Source of the DNA: Schizosaccharomyces osmophilus
Lineage: Eukaryota
Reading direction: 5' to 3'
DNA length: 64,000 nt
NCBI RefSeq assembly: GCF_027921745.1
Contig: NC_079239.1
Coordinates: forward strand, 1,612,001 to 1,676,000
Shown: positions 23,673 to 36,894 of the stretch, in pieces
Layout of the letters: each line of letters opens with the position of its first letter
Numbering within the stretch: the stretch's first letter is position 1
Made by a program: the position numbers and the translations under genes
Notes under the pieces: model-generated
What the model was told of the DNA's origin: nothing
Seen by the model: the letters and a program-made list of their open reading frames with translations, nothing else
Database searches by the model: none

Positions 23673-25833
23673 TTAATGATGATAAATCGTCTTCATCACA
23701 TGGTCGGTCTTGCGCGTCGTCGGTTTAATCAACCCTAAAAACCGTAGCTCTTCAAGTCCAAATAAAAATCGAGACTGCAATTCAACATTTTCCGTGCTTG
23801 CTTTCTCGTCCATGTCGATATCTTTTTCAGAGTCAGTCTCGCTTTCCATTTCACCTTCGTCTTCTCCTTTAGGCTCCTCTGGAAGCTTGCGCTTTTTCGA
23901 CGGCCGCTGCGACTGCGACTGCGATTGCGATTGCTCTTCTGTAGACGATACCTGCAAGTTTTCCGAAAACGCCATGTACCAATCATACAGATTCAAAAAT
24001 GCTCCTGACTCACTATACAGTTTGTACAGAATAGACAAATCCGGCAACCACGATCGATTTGGACTCTCTTTCAAACTCGCTTCATTCCTCTGCATACCAA
24101 TGTAATATTCTGGGTTCATGCACGAGCTATGGATAATGCTTCGCTGGTGTCCAGACAAAAACCCCTGTTCCAGCGGGCGCCGGTAGTCGAAAAAGAAAAC
24201 CTCGTAAAACGGATACCCATCTATCCCTTGCGTTCCCAATCTCCCATGCTCAATCTCTTCATCCAATAATTGTACCAATTCTTTTAACCATCTCGAGTAC
24301 CGCAGAATGCTTTTGTCAAATCCGGTTTCCATCACTTTCCGCGTATGCTCCGTTCCGCTATAATTCTTCATTCGCATCTCCACCGTTTCTAGATACTTGC
24401 CTTTCGATCCATTCACAAGCTCTCCAAGCTCCTCTGCAAGTTCAAGTCCTTTCGTCACTCGCAATCCAGAAAACACATGCTTCATCAGGTGTTCCATGCA
24501 AATAAACGCTTGCCGAGAATTCAATCGCAACATGTCTTTCCGAATACGTTGATACTCTTCACTTTCAAGCCATAATCCTTCCAGAAACATTTCCATATAC
24601 TCCCCAAATGTCACCTTTATTGACCGGTTCATATGCTCTTCTAACTCTTGCCAGCATTTCACATGCTCACGCAAAAACTTTTCTCGTCTTTCCAGTTCTT
24701 GAAAATTGCTTTTTATATACTTTAAAAAAACATCATCATTTTCTAACAGATCGTAAATGTACTCTTTCGTACTTGCCCCGACATCCCGTAGCATCTGTTC
24801 GATCCGATGCTGAAAGCTCGGAACTGTCCGTAGCACAGACAAGTAAAACGGCGATATCGCTTCCATTTGGTTACTTTCAATTAAATAAGGTAAAGGGCTA
24901 AGAGCATTTCCGTAGAAATGTGTAAGTATACCATAGCGCAAGCAACTAACAACTTTTTCAACACTCCAAGATCTTTCGTAAAACATCGACCGAAATAGCT
25001 TTCTAGTTCTCCATCCAAACTTCAAACTTAGGTTTTCATCGATAAGAGTAAACATACTTTCCAGAATCTCCGTCGTGGCTTTCATGTTAAATACCTCAGG
25101 CTGCACATGGCTAAAAAACGTAGAGTCCAGCGATGCATCGAATAATTCTAGAGGTATCTTCAAATTAAATATCAGATACACGTGATACTCCTTCGACTTT
25201 TGTGAAATCATATTCAGCGTTTCCATTAATGCACTTAGTAATCGCCGATCGCAATCCTCCACATTTTGCAAAACCAAAGTAATACTTTCTCCCAATTCTT
25301 CCATATTATAAGATAAAATTCCAAGGCCGAAGGAGCCACCTTTAATTTGTCGGAAACAGGATTTCAGGTCACTGCAGTTCTTCAGATCTAGTACAACAAA
25401 CCGCTTTGATCCCAACTGATAAAGCCTTTCTTTTAACTGCTCGAAAAATCGAAGATGAAACGTATTTCTGCTTCCGTCACATAAAATCGCTGCTTTGAGT
25501 TTTTGTCCACCGGACGTACTCTTCAGCGCATGCTCCGTTAGTTGTTGAATCACTTTGGCATTGCTCTCGGAAGTTGCTTGTTGAACAACATCACTTAATT
25601 CTTGCATGACATTCCGACAAAGCTCCCTTCGTAAATTCACCCATTCCATAGGTTCTTGATTCCTTATTAGAGGAACAAATAAGTTGTCTATTTGTAAAGG
25701 CTGTTTTTCTTCTTGTCTACGAGGTTTCACGTAATAACATCCCTATGAATTCTTCATTAGTTTCGAAAACACTTCTTCACTACTCATCGAAACATACCTT
25801 GCTTACGGTGTCGTGTTTTAAAATAGACGCCAT
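23673..25833 (-). CDS. orc3: Origin recognition complex subunit 3; intron 25743-25797
   Basis: Exon 1 MASILKHDTVSK from ATG 25833. C-terminal PDLSILYKLYSESGAFLNLYDWYMAF and RFLFGLEELRFLGLIKPTTRKTDHV winged-helix signature. Confidence 0.9.
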
Positions 25834-26154
25834 TTTTTAATATTTTGGCTTTATCTAGAATACCAACAAATAATCCTTATTAGTTACACTTTTTAAGACA
25901 TGAACGTTTAAATTCGAAGCAAATAGGTTTCTTGTATGAAGCCGCGACTAGAACAGCAGCTCGCGTCTTTGGCATAACAAGTTTACATAAATAAGCTACG
26001 CTTAACCCCACAAATATCTAAAAATAAAAGATTTGAATAATTCTTCTAATAGATACATTCAATAATTGAATAAATTAACATATTTATTTTATACTAGTCC
26101 ACTAGTCCAGAGGAAAAAAAATGGCAAATCGCCGTCAAGGCACGATGTACAAAC

Positions 26155-29100
26155 TTATTCTTCCTCGGAAATTGTAGAACCAGTCTCACCATCTTCTTCA
26201 GATTCTTCTTCCTCATCAGAACTGGGTTCTAAACCTTGAATTTCATGGATACTTTTCACGCTAACATCAAACCCTTCAGACTGAAACTCAGAAACAGTTT
26301 GATCTAATCTTGAAAGTGAAGATGTAAGAACAGCCAAATTGTTCTCTGGAGAAAAGAAAGGTAAACAGAATTTTTTAAGACTTTCCATAAATTCATCAAT
26401 CGTAACAGCAGCAATCCTTTCTAAAAATAGGCGATCCCATTCTTTCCTCAAGTTTTTAATTGAAAGTAAAGTAAAAGAGTTTTTAGCGGAATAAAAGGCA
26501 TTATTTTCAAGTTCCGACACTGTGCTGTATGCCATACACTTGGCTGACTCCAAGTCAAAACTGTTAACTGAAACTTTTCCAGAAAGAATTGAACTTAACA
26601 AGTCTTTACTAGATGACCAAGCTCTATAAACATCAGATGAAGTTAAAATAGAGTAAAATAATAAGCCTCCGTCAATGTCTATTCCCATATTGAATCCATA
26701 TGCTAAGCCAGAACCACGAATTCTGTTCCAAAAAGGACCGTCCATTAATCCCAAATAATTTGCAATCAAAACTACGACGGGAAGATTGGGATCATTCCAA
26801 CTTTTTATGCCGGGAATGGCGATAACTAAATCACTGCTTTCATTGGAAGGCATGGGAATAACAGTAAGAGAGCTATGGGGCTTAAATTCGTTCTCTTGCA
26901 GATGAAGTCTCGAAAAAGAAGTAGGTACCTGAGAGCCCGAAGTTTTCTTTCGGAGAATTTGGGAGACAAAGTTCGTCCACAAAGAGGCAGCACCATTCGT
27001 TTGGAGTATATCACCTATCACGTGAACGCGTGGACACAAAGACTTTAACAAGTGATTTCTCAAATCATCAAAGGACGAAAACACTTCAGCTGGACTGTCG
27101 ATAAGTTTTTGACGAAGTTCACGAAGAACCTTTTCTTGAGTCAATGTATTCTGAGTATACTTCAAAGAGTTTTCGTTGTACAATCTAATGTCAATATAGG
27201 ATGGCAAAACGCATTCAGCATCCCTCTTCTGGTATGGAATATCGGCCAACAATTGATTTATAATTGAAAGCAATCTGTTCTTGTCCCACAAAGTGGCTGT
27301 CAATAATGTTCCAATCCAATAAATGCCCTTTTGGTAATTTTCTCTAGTTACCCGACATTCCAAATAAAATAATTCTCGCTTCGTTTCATAGTAAGAATAT
27401 GAACAAGAAGGTTTGTCAAATAACAAAGATGCATCGAAAAGCACAGTATCACGCTCCAGTCGCTTTACAACCTCTTCGTGAGAAATAACCCCCAGATTCT
27501 CTAGTTCCGCTGGAGCTGCTAGTATATATTTGGCAAATACGGAAAGATATTGTTTCAAAGCAGGTGGAATATCGGCGGTATCGAAATATGTAACAATACT
27601 AACAAACGATGAATCTATATGATCAAATTGTACATACAGTGGAAGGTCCTCCCCGTCAGAATTAATGTACTTTTGGACATCATTTTCAAAATCTTGTCCC
27701 GACCACTTTGTTTTAGCAGTCGTGGAATTGTAAAAATGTATTTGACTGGGATCAGTAATTTTGAATGAGGAAACCAAATTATAGGGAAGCTTTTGTTCAT
27801 TTTTTGCCTTTGCGGAGTCAAGCTTGTGCTTTATAGCCTCTAACCCTTCTTTGCCAAGAGAATTTACTCTATCGCTCAACGTTTTATTTGTTTCTTGTTT
27901 AACTCTTTCAGCCATTTCATATGACGGCAGCGCCAAGACTGAAATAGAATGGCTTTCGATAAATGTAGACCGAATAAGATTTATCCAGTCCTTTTCAGAC
28001 CATTTCTTCAATTCCTCATTGTAAGATAAGCCTTCCATAAACTTTGAGATATCTGATCCGTCTCTATTGCCGTAAACATGATCAAGGGTAAGAACCTTTG
28101 TAAATAGCAAGCGTGGAGTCACCTCCAGCGCGGTAAGGTATTGATTTTTTTGGGTATCTAGGTAATCATGCAGTCTTTTCATGTCGATGGTTTGGAGGTT
28201 GGATAAAAGAGATAAAACCTTTTCAACCAAACCATCTATCTTTTCAACAGGGATACTGTCAAGAAATAACTGAATAGAGCAAGGATCTTTTGGAAATACG
28301 TAAAAATATATAAAAGAGCAAAATGGATCTTCTATCTCAACGAAAGCCTGTTTGAGAGGAGACACGGCGGATTCGCTGAGGAAATCACAGATCGTTTGTA
28401 TAGCAAAAATTTTAAATTGATCCAGTAAAGAAGGGCCGTTCCATGCAATTGAAAGTGAGCCTGTGGATTCGTCTTCCGACGAAAAGTTCACACTTTTGAC
28501 TAAAGAGTTAGGGATTTGAGTAGTACTGTCTTTTTGAGACCATGGTCGTACCCAGCCCTCAGGAGTCTTTAAATCGTTATCAATGATATCTCTAACAATT
28601 GATGAGGAAGTCTCAAGAAGGCGCTCTTCCTCAATGGAACCAGCAACCACGAGACATATATTCGAAGGAACATACATAGCCTTATGGTAATCACGAATCT
28701 GCTGAATAGATAGCTTACGAAGTTCGTCCGGGTGTCCTCCTGTCTCGTAGAAATAACCGCTGGAAGGGGGATACTGATTTGTTCGGATACAATCAAACAT
28801 AACATCAACTTCGGAAGTTTGCGAATCTTGCATCTCAGAATATACGACTCCTGATTCCTCTCCAAACTGATTTGTATGATATACTTCTGTACAAAAAGCA
28901 TCCTCGCTAAGCAGTGGGAATAACACATGATCGGCAAAAACAGGAAGTAGTCTAAGAAACCCATCTTCTTCGGCTGAAGATAGTTCATAAACTGTAGAGT
29001 CAACATCGGTATAAGCATTAATGTCACCACATGCTCTTCCAGCGAAGTTTGTTAGGATGCCATTCATAGGATATTTCTTACTACCCATGAAACATAAATG

Positions 29101-29298
29101 CTCTAAAGTGTGAGGACATCCAGAATTGTCATGAGCTTCCGTAGCTACGACAAAGGAGCCGTTGACTCTAGTAGTGGGAGTATTTACGCACGCGACCGTA
29201 AAGCCAGTGGCATCGTTGGTCCACTTTTTTACTTCATAGTTTAAGAGTCGCTCAGAAGCTATTTGTCGAAACTCCAATTCAGATTTCTTTGAAACCAT
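26155..29298 (-). CDS. sdd3: M16 (pitrilysin-like) metallopeptidase
   Basis: Inverted zinc motif GCPHTLEHLCFMGSKKYP, NAYT, GVVYSEMQ, WNRIRGSGLAYG. Confidence 0.82.
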   Translation of the reverse strand: MVSKKSELEFRQIASERLLNYEVKKWTNDATGFTVACVNTPTTRVNGSFVVATEAHDNSGCPHTLEHLCFMGSKKYPMNGILTNFAGRACGDINAYTDVDSTVYELSSAEEDGFLRLLPVFADHVLFPLLSEDAFCTEVYHTNQFGEESGVVYSEMQDSQTSEVDVMFDCIRTNQYPPSSGYFYETGGHPDELRKLSIQQIRDYHKAMYVPSNICLVVAGSIEEERLLETSSSIVRDIIDNDLKTPEGWVRPWSQKDSTTQIPNSLVKSVNFSSEDESTGSLSIAWNGPSLLDQFKIFAIQTICDFLSESAVSPLKQAFVEIEDPFCSFIYFYVFPKDPCSIQLFLDSIPVEKIDGLVEKVLSLLSNLQTIDMKRLHDYLDTQKNQYLTALEVTPRLLFTKVLTLDHVYGNRDGSDISKFMEGLSYNEELKKWSEKDWINLIRSTFIESHSISVLALPSYEMAERVKQETNKTLSDRVNSLGKEGLEAIKHKLDSAKAKNEQKLPYNLVSSFKITDPSQIHFYNSTTAKTKWSGQDFENDVQKYINSDGEDLPLYVQFDHIDSSFVSIVTYFDTADIPPALKQYLSVFAKYILAAPAELENLGVISHEEVVKRLERDTVLFDASLLFDKPSCSYSYYETKRELFYLECRVTRENYQKGIYWIGTLLTATLWDKNRLLSIINQLLADIPYQKRDAECVLPSYIDIRLYNENSLKYTQNTLTQEKVLRELRQKLIDSPAEVFSSFDDLRNHLLKSLCPRVHVIGDILQTNGAASLWTNFVSQILRKKTSGSQVPTSFSRLHLQENEFKPHSSLTVIPMPSNESSDLVIAIPGIKSWNDPNLPVVVLIANYLGLMDGPFWNRIRGSGLAYGFNMGIDIDGGLLFYSILTSSDVYRAWSSSKDLLSSILSGKVSVNSFDLESAKCMAYSTVSELENNAFYSAKNSFTLLSIKNLRKEWDRLFLERIAAVTIDEFMESLKKFCLPFFSPENNLAVLTSSLSRLDQTVSEFQSEGFDVSVKSIHEIQGLEPSSDEEEESEEDGETGSTISEEE

Positions 29299-30231
29299 TT
29301 GTGCGATCTAACTAGCCCTGTTCAACGGTATGTAACGAATATTTTCCAGTTTACTAAACTGAAACGATAATAATCGTTGATAACCTGGAGGAAATACCTG
29401 CAGAAACAAGAAGACAATTCGAAGAACCCTCTATAAGGATCTATCCTACTTGTAATGTGTTTAACAAATAGGCGACTCAAAGGTGGCTCTTGGATATTTT
29501 CATAAATACTTGCAATTAAAAAAAACCAAGGGTAACGATGTTACTCTTATGATCGGTTTGTTTATTTACAACTTTAGGATAAGTTAAATTTAATTTAAAT
29601 AAAATGAATTTCTATATAGGATTTTCAGTGTTTCCTTCCCTTGTTGTAGGTGAATAAAATGCTAACCTTTTTGGTAGACTGCATTTGTTTACCAAACATA
29701 GTCATCAAATATGGGTTACTTGGAATAGAAACTTGATAATTATGGACGCTTCATATCCGACATTCTTGTCTTTCCTTGACGAGCAAAGATAGCTAAAAGG
29801 AGAGAGACATTATTCCTGTTTAAAAACTCGTTTGCTGCTACTTGATTAATGGAACATCATGTGTTAGCAAGATAGGAAGAGTAAATTATTCTGACAGACA
29901 ATTTATGAATAAAACTAGTACTTCACTCATCAATCATAACTTTGATTTTGCTTGCTCATGTAAATAGTGAGAATTGACCATTTTATTGTAGGTATTTTAA
30001 TAGAGAACTTTGAATACTTGAGCTACTTTTCCAATAAAAAAAAAAGAAAGTAAGAGTTTTAAATATGTTGTTTTTCTGATCTATTTGACACCAAAATAAA
30101 GCAATCTTGAATTTACGCCGAATTCTTCAGACTCTAGAATAAAATAACTCCACCAAGTACAACATACTATGCCTTTTGATGATCAGCAAGTGAAATAATT
30201 CTTATATATTCGTTTCTCTATATAAAGAATC

Positions 30232-30663
30232 ATGTCACTAGTAAATTACGAATCAGACGAAGAGAAAGAAGCACAGGATTTTGAGATTGGGGAGCCTTTG
30301 TGGGTACCATCCAAAACGAATAATTGGTGTTTCCCATCGCCGCCTGAAGAAGATGCTGACAGCCTTTTAAAGAAGAAAATTAAACAGTTTTTAGAATTAA
30401 AAACAAACAATGTACACTTCCATGCTCGTCTCGTGGATAATGAGAATTTCTTAAATCCTAAGTTATTAGATACTTTGCAAGAATATGCACATATATCTGA
30501 GCCTACGGCATCCATGATGCCTTCGGCAACTTGGACTCCTCAAAGTCTTCCCATTAAAGCTTATGCGAAATATTTACGAGAGGCACAAGAGGATTTGATC
30601 AGAAAACGAGAGCAAAATCAGAGAAATCGAACAGAAATTGCCTTTCAAAAGTCTTCAGCGTAA
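30232..30663 (+). CDS. mug151: HCNGP/SAP30BP-family protein
   Basis: MSLVNYESDEE start; KIKQFLELK...HFHARL...FLNPKLL; C-terminal RTEIAF. Confidence 0.75.
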   Translation: MSLVNYESDEEKEAQDFEIGEPLWVPSKTNNWCFPSPPEEDADSLLKKKIKQFLELKTNNVHFHARLVDNENFLNPKLLDTLQEYAHISEPTASMMPSATWTPQSLPIKAYAKYLREAQEDLIRKREQNQRNRTEIAFQKSSA

Positions 30664-31058
30664 AAATAACACAATGTGTGGATTAATGGGATTCTTTTGT
30701 TCCATGGTTGATGAGTGTCTTTCTTTTCAATTAGTCAAACTACTAATCTTATTTTCTGCGTTACAGGACTCAACGGATACTGGTATATCCGTTTCTGTCA
30801 TTCTATTCTGTTTATATATGTCCGATTAGGACGCTGGACGAGCGATGTTTGTGAATCCTTTAAAACCTAACCAGAGCCAAGGTCATCATGAATATGATTA
30901 ATAAATAGTATTGATCAAAAAACTAGAAAACATAATTATTATTTTATACACAGAGAAACCCAAGAAAATTCTTCTTTCCTCTAAAACGTCCTTCTTGAGG
31001 TATCTGTAATGCAGTGTTTTTCATCATAAAATGCCCCCATGTCCGTAATGTCATATTG

Positions 31059-33002
31059 TTAACTGGCGTGTGATACTGGCGCTGGAGTAGGAGCTAATTC
31101 CTGCAAAGATAATAGAATGAGATGTAAGATACGTTGTAAACTCCAATACCCAACTTTTCGAATTCTTTTCCTTCGAAGCTCCTGATTTAACACGTCTTCT
31201 GCAAATGAATCATATACCTTGGCAAATGTTAGTATAACATACTTTATCCGCCAACACCGACCTACAATGTCCTATGGACTTCTTGGAAATAGTTTTCTCT
31301 TTACAGATCCAAATAGGGTCATACTTACCTGCGAAGATATTTCTTGCAGTACACCACTATCATAAAAGGTCCAGCTTCCATCGAAATCTGACAACGGTTT
31401 TGATAAATGACACATTATAGGAATAAAGGTACGGGTTGAATTAATGTAAGCAACGATCGGTCGAAGTAAAGCATTATTCACGTAGCCCATTTGATTGGTA
31501 AAAATAGGTATAGCCGCTTTTGGATTATGCAATTGAACATCCACATCAAAATATACATCAGGAACTGGATATTCTTTCTTTTCTGTTAACTTAGCATTCA
31601 ATAAGACCTGATCAATGTAACGCTTCAACGAACTTTGAGCAGGTTCTGAAGGACAAGAAATGTTTACTGAAAAGTCAACTGCTCCATCATTAATCCATCC
31701 GAAGGCACCTGAAACCCCTCGATTCAAATGATCAATAGCAAGATTATCAATTCTAAGCCTTCCATGTCGCATGTCTGGCGATTGTTCATATGGCTTCATA
31801 TAAGGTGAATCTGGCTTGAGCTGCAATCTGTGTATCGTAAACATGCTGTTGTCAAAACTTCCTGTCAAGTTTGTAGCATTCATTACATCAAAAAATAGCC
31901 ATTGCTTCCTGAGCTTGGGAAGTTCACAGAAAAAGACGCTGACAGGGAAATGTCTAAAATTATCAGGCTGCAATAGCGTAACCCGTAAATCTTCCAGCTT
32001 GAAGCGTTCAATTTCGAAATCTCCCCAATTATGTTGTCTTCGGTATGATCTAGGATCTATCGAAAGATCCGATTGAACAAATCGTCGATCAACAACACCG
32101 CGAACTCCGCTTATGACAAGCTCTTTAACAATTCCCTTTCCATTCAAAAACCTGGCAAAGCTAAAAGAAACATCAGCCTTGTCTATCGACAAGTCAAATT
32201 GGGTATAGTTTCCTTGCTTCAGTACTTGAATGTCTTCAGAGACCGAGGGTGCTGCATCGTAATCGTAACTCTGTCGCAAGGCCATATATTCTTCTTCATA
32301 ATCTGGCTTGTCTGATGCATTTTCTAAATTTGTGGATAAAACTTCTGGCCGCCTTCGAACTTGAATTTTGTTAAATGTAATTAGACCTTTTCTCCAATTG
32401 GGAACAATCGCGCTTTCAAAGACAACTTCGAAACCAGTATTTTTTGTCATTAATTGTCCAATCCATTTCCCAAAATACCCTTGAGCCGACACTGAATTAA
32501 GTGTGTACAATAATATAGAAAAGAAAGTAGTCGTTCCAAGGATAATCCAAACAAGATGGCTGACGAGCCACCAGCTGAAGAAAGCTGTAGCATTATCAAG
32601 CGTCAAAAATTTGTTTTGCCTAAATAGAACATTCTTTATCCTGGAAAAAAATCGTGAAAGCAAGGGTTTCCTTGGTGGTTGCAATGAGGTAGAAGGTAAT
32701 GCGGGAGGAGGTATACGCGGTTTTGAAGGGGTTTCTGTTGAATACAATCGAAAGAATCCTTGTAATTTTAGAAATTGCTTCTGCAATCGTATCGCACGGA
32801 GGATTTGGACTGTAGGAAGGCGCCTTTGGCCCTTCCTTTCATGTCGAACTAAAGGTATTCCATTTAACGTAGACAATTGCCGACATTTTTTGCTGGCTCC
32901 TATTCCATAGAGAGTTAATGAAGAGTTATATACAGGTACTAGTCGAAGTCCGGGAGATTGCACGAGTCTCGCAGATGACCTTACAAGACTAGATATAAGC
33001 AT
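31059..33002 (-). CDS. mdm31: Mitochondrial inner-membrane morphology protein Mdm31; intron 31218-31328
   Basis: Basic presequence, GTTTFFS, FESAIVPNW, NYTQFDLSI, SDFDGSWT. Exon 2 VYDSFAEDV...IRKVGYWSLQ ends at TAA 31059-31061. Confidence 0.9.
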
Positions 33003-33601
33003 CAACTAGGATTTGTCAGATATATAATTAGCTATCTGGATATGTTTCGATCATAAGAAGACTGTTTTCCCTGGTTATTAGCAGAAAAACTCGAAAATGG
33101 AGTGAAAGTGATGACTTGGAGCAAAGCGAATACGGAGTGGTAAAGATTGTACAGTCAAAGAATTGTACTTTGATACTAGGAATTCAACGTCAAAGGGATG
33201 AAGATTAAATTTTTCGTTTTTCTAGCTTTAAATAATGCTCGAGGGAAATGATACTTTGTGACAACAAAACTTATCGTAAATTTCAATAAGGAATTTGGCA
33301 AGTTTATATCTCTGAAAATAACTTTTTTATTATATTTACAATTTTGTTCTAATGAATTAATTATGGAGACAGTTTTTTATGGAAACTACAGATTGGACGT
33401 GTCGAAGAAGTAGAATTCCAAAATGCAAATGCTTTTAAAAAAAGAAATAAGAAAATTATGAAACTATAAACGATTATAGCTAGAAAAGTTAGAACATTGA
33501 AATTGGGTTATGACCTAAAAACCCTGTAGCGAACTCGTACTTTAACCAACAACCACGCTTTGCTAGCATCAAAATATTTCTCCATTTCTAATACAGAAAG
33601 A

Positions 33602-35107
33602 ATGGGGATTGTTCAGGTATGTTTTCGACGACCGAAAGTGGAAAAAGCAATTTATTTCTAGCTATTCGCTTCATTTGCTGAAGTAAAATGAATTATAAAA
33701 TAGAGTACCATACCAAATGTGAAAATGATGAAGCAGCTTCACTTTTGAATATAAATCCTTTGTTCTTGTCCTAACAGATTTGTATAGCAAATAATGCATA
33801 TCCTGGACTTTCCAGGATTTCCTTGGAAAACAGTGATTGCCGGTTTTTCGATTGGTAAATACGTGTGGGATCTATATTTGCAACGTAGACAGGCTCCTTA
33901 CTTGTTGAAAGATAATCCACCCTCAGTTTTGGCAGAACATGTTGACGAAAAGAAATATCAGAAAGCTTTAGCTTACGCTAGAGATAAAACGTTTTTGAGC
34001 ACAATTACTTCTACTTTTGCCTTGGTAATTGACCTTCTCTTAATTAAATTTAACGGTCTTTCTTACTTGTGGAGTCTCACAAAGTTTCCTTGGATGGATC
34101 ACTTGGCAGCCTCTGCTTCCAAATTTAGTTTGTCCGTCGCTATTTCCCACTCCTGTGTATTTTTATTTGCTGTCACTGTCTTCTCTAGTCTCATCCAACT
34201 CCCTTTTTCTCTGTACTCTACCTTTGGAATTGAAGAAAAATACGGCTTTAACAAGTCCACCTTGAAAATTTTCTTTATGGACCTCTTTAAAGAGCTCACT
34301 ATCGGCGGTGCTTTAATGAGTTTTCTGGTTTCCATGTTTGTGAAGATTACCATGAAGTTTGGTGATAACTTTGTTCTCTATGCTTGGGGTGCCTACATTC
34401 TCTTTGGTTTGGTTTTGCAATCCATTGCACCTTCTCTTATCATGCCTCTTTTCTACAAGTTTACTCCTTTGGAACAGGGCTCTTTACGTTCAAAAATTGA
34501 AGATCTTGCTGTCTCTATTAAATTTCCCTTGAAAAACCTTTATGTAATTGACGCCAGTCGCCGTTCAGCTCACTCCAACGCATTTTTCTACGGTCTTCCC
34601 TGGAATAAGGGTATTGTGTTGTTTGACACCTTGGTAAAGAATCACACTGAAGAGGAATTGCTTGCCATTTTGGGACACGAACTTGGCCACTGGTACTTGT
34701 CGCACAACATGATTCACACTTTAGTAGATTACAGCATGAGTCTTGCACAGCTCTTCATGTTTGCAGCATTTTTGCGTAACAACAGTCTTTACGAAGCATT
34801 CGACTTTACAAAGGAGAAGCCCGTAATTATTGGCCTTTTATTGTTTTCCGACGCCCTTGGTCCCATGTCTTCCCTTTTGACATATGGTTCTAATAAAATT
34901 TCCCGCTTTTGTGAATATCAAGCCGATGCTTTTGCCAAGAAGCTTGGTCTTGCTAAAGATTTGGGAGACGGATTGATTCGTATCCACAACGATAACCTTT
35001 CGCCTTTGGAGTACGATCCTCTTTATACTTCTTATCATCACAGCCATCCCATTTTGACAGATCGATTGGCTGCTATTAACTATATGGACCTGAAAAAGAA
35101 CGAATGA
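33602..35107 (+). CDS. ste24: CAAX prenyl protease Ste24 (M48); mini-exon MGIVQ then intron 33617-33787
   Basis: IEEKYGFNK, SAHSNAFFYG, HELGH zinc motif, EYQAD, HHSHP; GTATGT...CTAAC...TAG intron. Confidence 0.92.
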
Positions 35108-35759
35108 ACATGAAATAGTTTCTACTTGCTTCCCTGGGTGAAACGAATAGTTATGATTTCCGATGTAGTAGATTTTTTAATCCATCCAATGTTTCAACCC
35201 CTTTGTTTGTATCATTTTCATCAAAGAGAAAAGTTGAAAAAGAAAAGAAGAAAACAAAACTTTAGAAACCTGTCAATTCGAACCATTTCCATCGCTACTT
35301 GCATACTGGTACAGTAGCTATTTTTGTTTCTTATTGAAGTATATATGTCGTCATTTGTAAACAAACTCGTCCAGCCAATTAATACCGAAAAACTATCAGA
35401 TTATCCATAACCTTTTTTAATTGGACTTAAGGAACCCAGAAAGGTCCATTACTAGTACATGATTGGCTTTTAAGCGAAGCTCTAAACCAAAACCAAAGCA
35501 CAAGTCATTTGTCATTTCCATCAGATAAAATTTAAAAGCTCCGCAAAACCCCGAAATATAAGTGCGAAAAAGAATAAAATTGAATAAGCGGATGAAAATT
35601 ACCAATAGAAAAAACAGTCTTAAACTTTTATAATAGGCATTGTATTGTTCTACCTTCTCGAAACTAGGATACCTTTTTACATCGTTGCTCACCATCCACC
35701 AGCCATAGAAGAAGTCGTCTCATACATAACAAAGAAAACAAGAAGCAAACCATTGAAAT

Positions 35760-36731
35760 ATGGAAGAGAATTACCCAATGCAACCTCATCGTCCCTCCAT
35801 GCTTAACAAATTTGTTCAAACCAACCAGGTTTCTATTATTAACTTGCCCTTCTCTGGTGGTCAGCCCAAGAAAGGTACAGAGGACGCTCCTGAATTGATT
35901 GAACAGGCCGGTGTTCAAAATGATTTGGAAAACTTGGGTTACTCTGTTCGTTACATTCAAAACCCTTCCTTCAAGACCCCTCCCCAGATCGAGGGTCCTA
36001 GCAAGGACACCATCAAGAACCCTCAGTACGTTAGCGATGTATGCCGCCAGGTGCGCGACACTGTCAAAAGCGAATTGAGCCAAGAACGTCTTGTCGTCAA
36101 CGTTGGTGGTGATCACTCTTTGGGCATGGGTACTATTGAGGGTGTTCAATCTGTCTACGACGATGCCTCTGTTCTTTGGATTGACGCTCACGCTGACATC
36201 AACACCCCAGAATCTTCTCCCTCCAAGAATCTTCACGGCTGCCCTTTAGCCTTCTCTCTTGGCTATGCCGATCCTGTTCCTCCCGAGTTTGCTTGGACCA
36301 AGCGCGTCATCGACGAAAAGCGTCTTGCTTTTATTGGTCTCCGTGATTTGGATCCTCAAGAACGTGCCTTCCTTCGTGAACATAACATTGCTGCTTTTAC
36401 CATGCACCACGTCGACAAGTACGGGATTTCTAAGGTCGTTGAAATGGCTTTGGAGCATATTAATCCCGGCAACCGTCACCCTGTTCACTTGTCTTTTGAC
36501 GTTGATTCTTGCGACCCAGCGGTTGCTCCTTCCACCGGTACGCGTGTCCCAGGTGGTTTGACTTTCCGTGAAGCCATGTATATTTGCGAGGCCACTGCTG
36601 AAACTAGCACATTGGTTGCCATCGATGTTATGGAGGTCAACCCTCGCTTGGGCAATGAGGAAGACACCAAAGCCACCGTCAATTTGGCTCGATCCATCAT
36701 CCGTACAAGCTTGGGTCAAACTTTGCTTTAG
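35760..36731 (+). CDS. aru1: Arginase (start may be ATG 35760 or the next in-frame ATG)
   Basis: GGDHS, WIDAHADINTP, NLHGCP, SFDVDSCDP, GGLTFRE, EVNP. The aru1 vs car1 choice rests on synteny. Confidence 0.9.
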   Translation: MEENYPMQPHRPSMLNKFVQTNQVSIINLPFSGGQPKKGTEDAPELIEQAGVQNDLENLGYSVRYIQNPSFKTPPQIEGPSKDTIKNPQYVSDVCRQVRDTVKSELSQERLVVNVGGDHSLGMGTIEGVQSVYDDASVLWIDAHADINTPESSPSKNLHGCPLAFSLGYADPVPPEFAWTKRVIDEKRLAFIGLRDLDPQERAFLREHNIAAFTMHHVDKYGISKVVEMALEHINPGNRHPVHLSFDVDSCDPAVAPSTGTRVPGGLTFREAMYICEATAETSTLVAIDVMEVNPRLGNEEDTKATVNLARSIIRTSLGQTLL

Positions 36732-36894
36732 GTTTGGAAACATTTAATGGCCATTGTGGTTATTAAAAGATATATTAATTAATGAATTATTTTTATGCTA
36801 GCTAGAAAGTTAGGCTTTTGGAGGTTCGTTTGGTTTCATTAGAAATTAGAATACATCAATAAATCTCGTCAGTGCTAATCAAGGAGTGCTTTAA

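Noticed and set aside
35664..36743. 190-aa and 165-aa antisense ORFs over the arginase gene
   Set aside because: Codon-register mirror of a highly biased gene.
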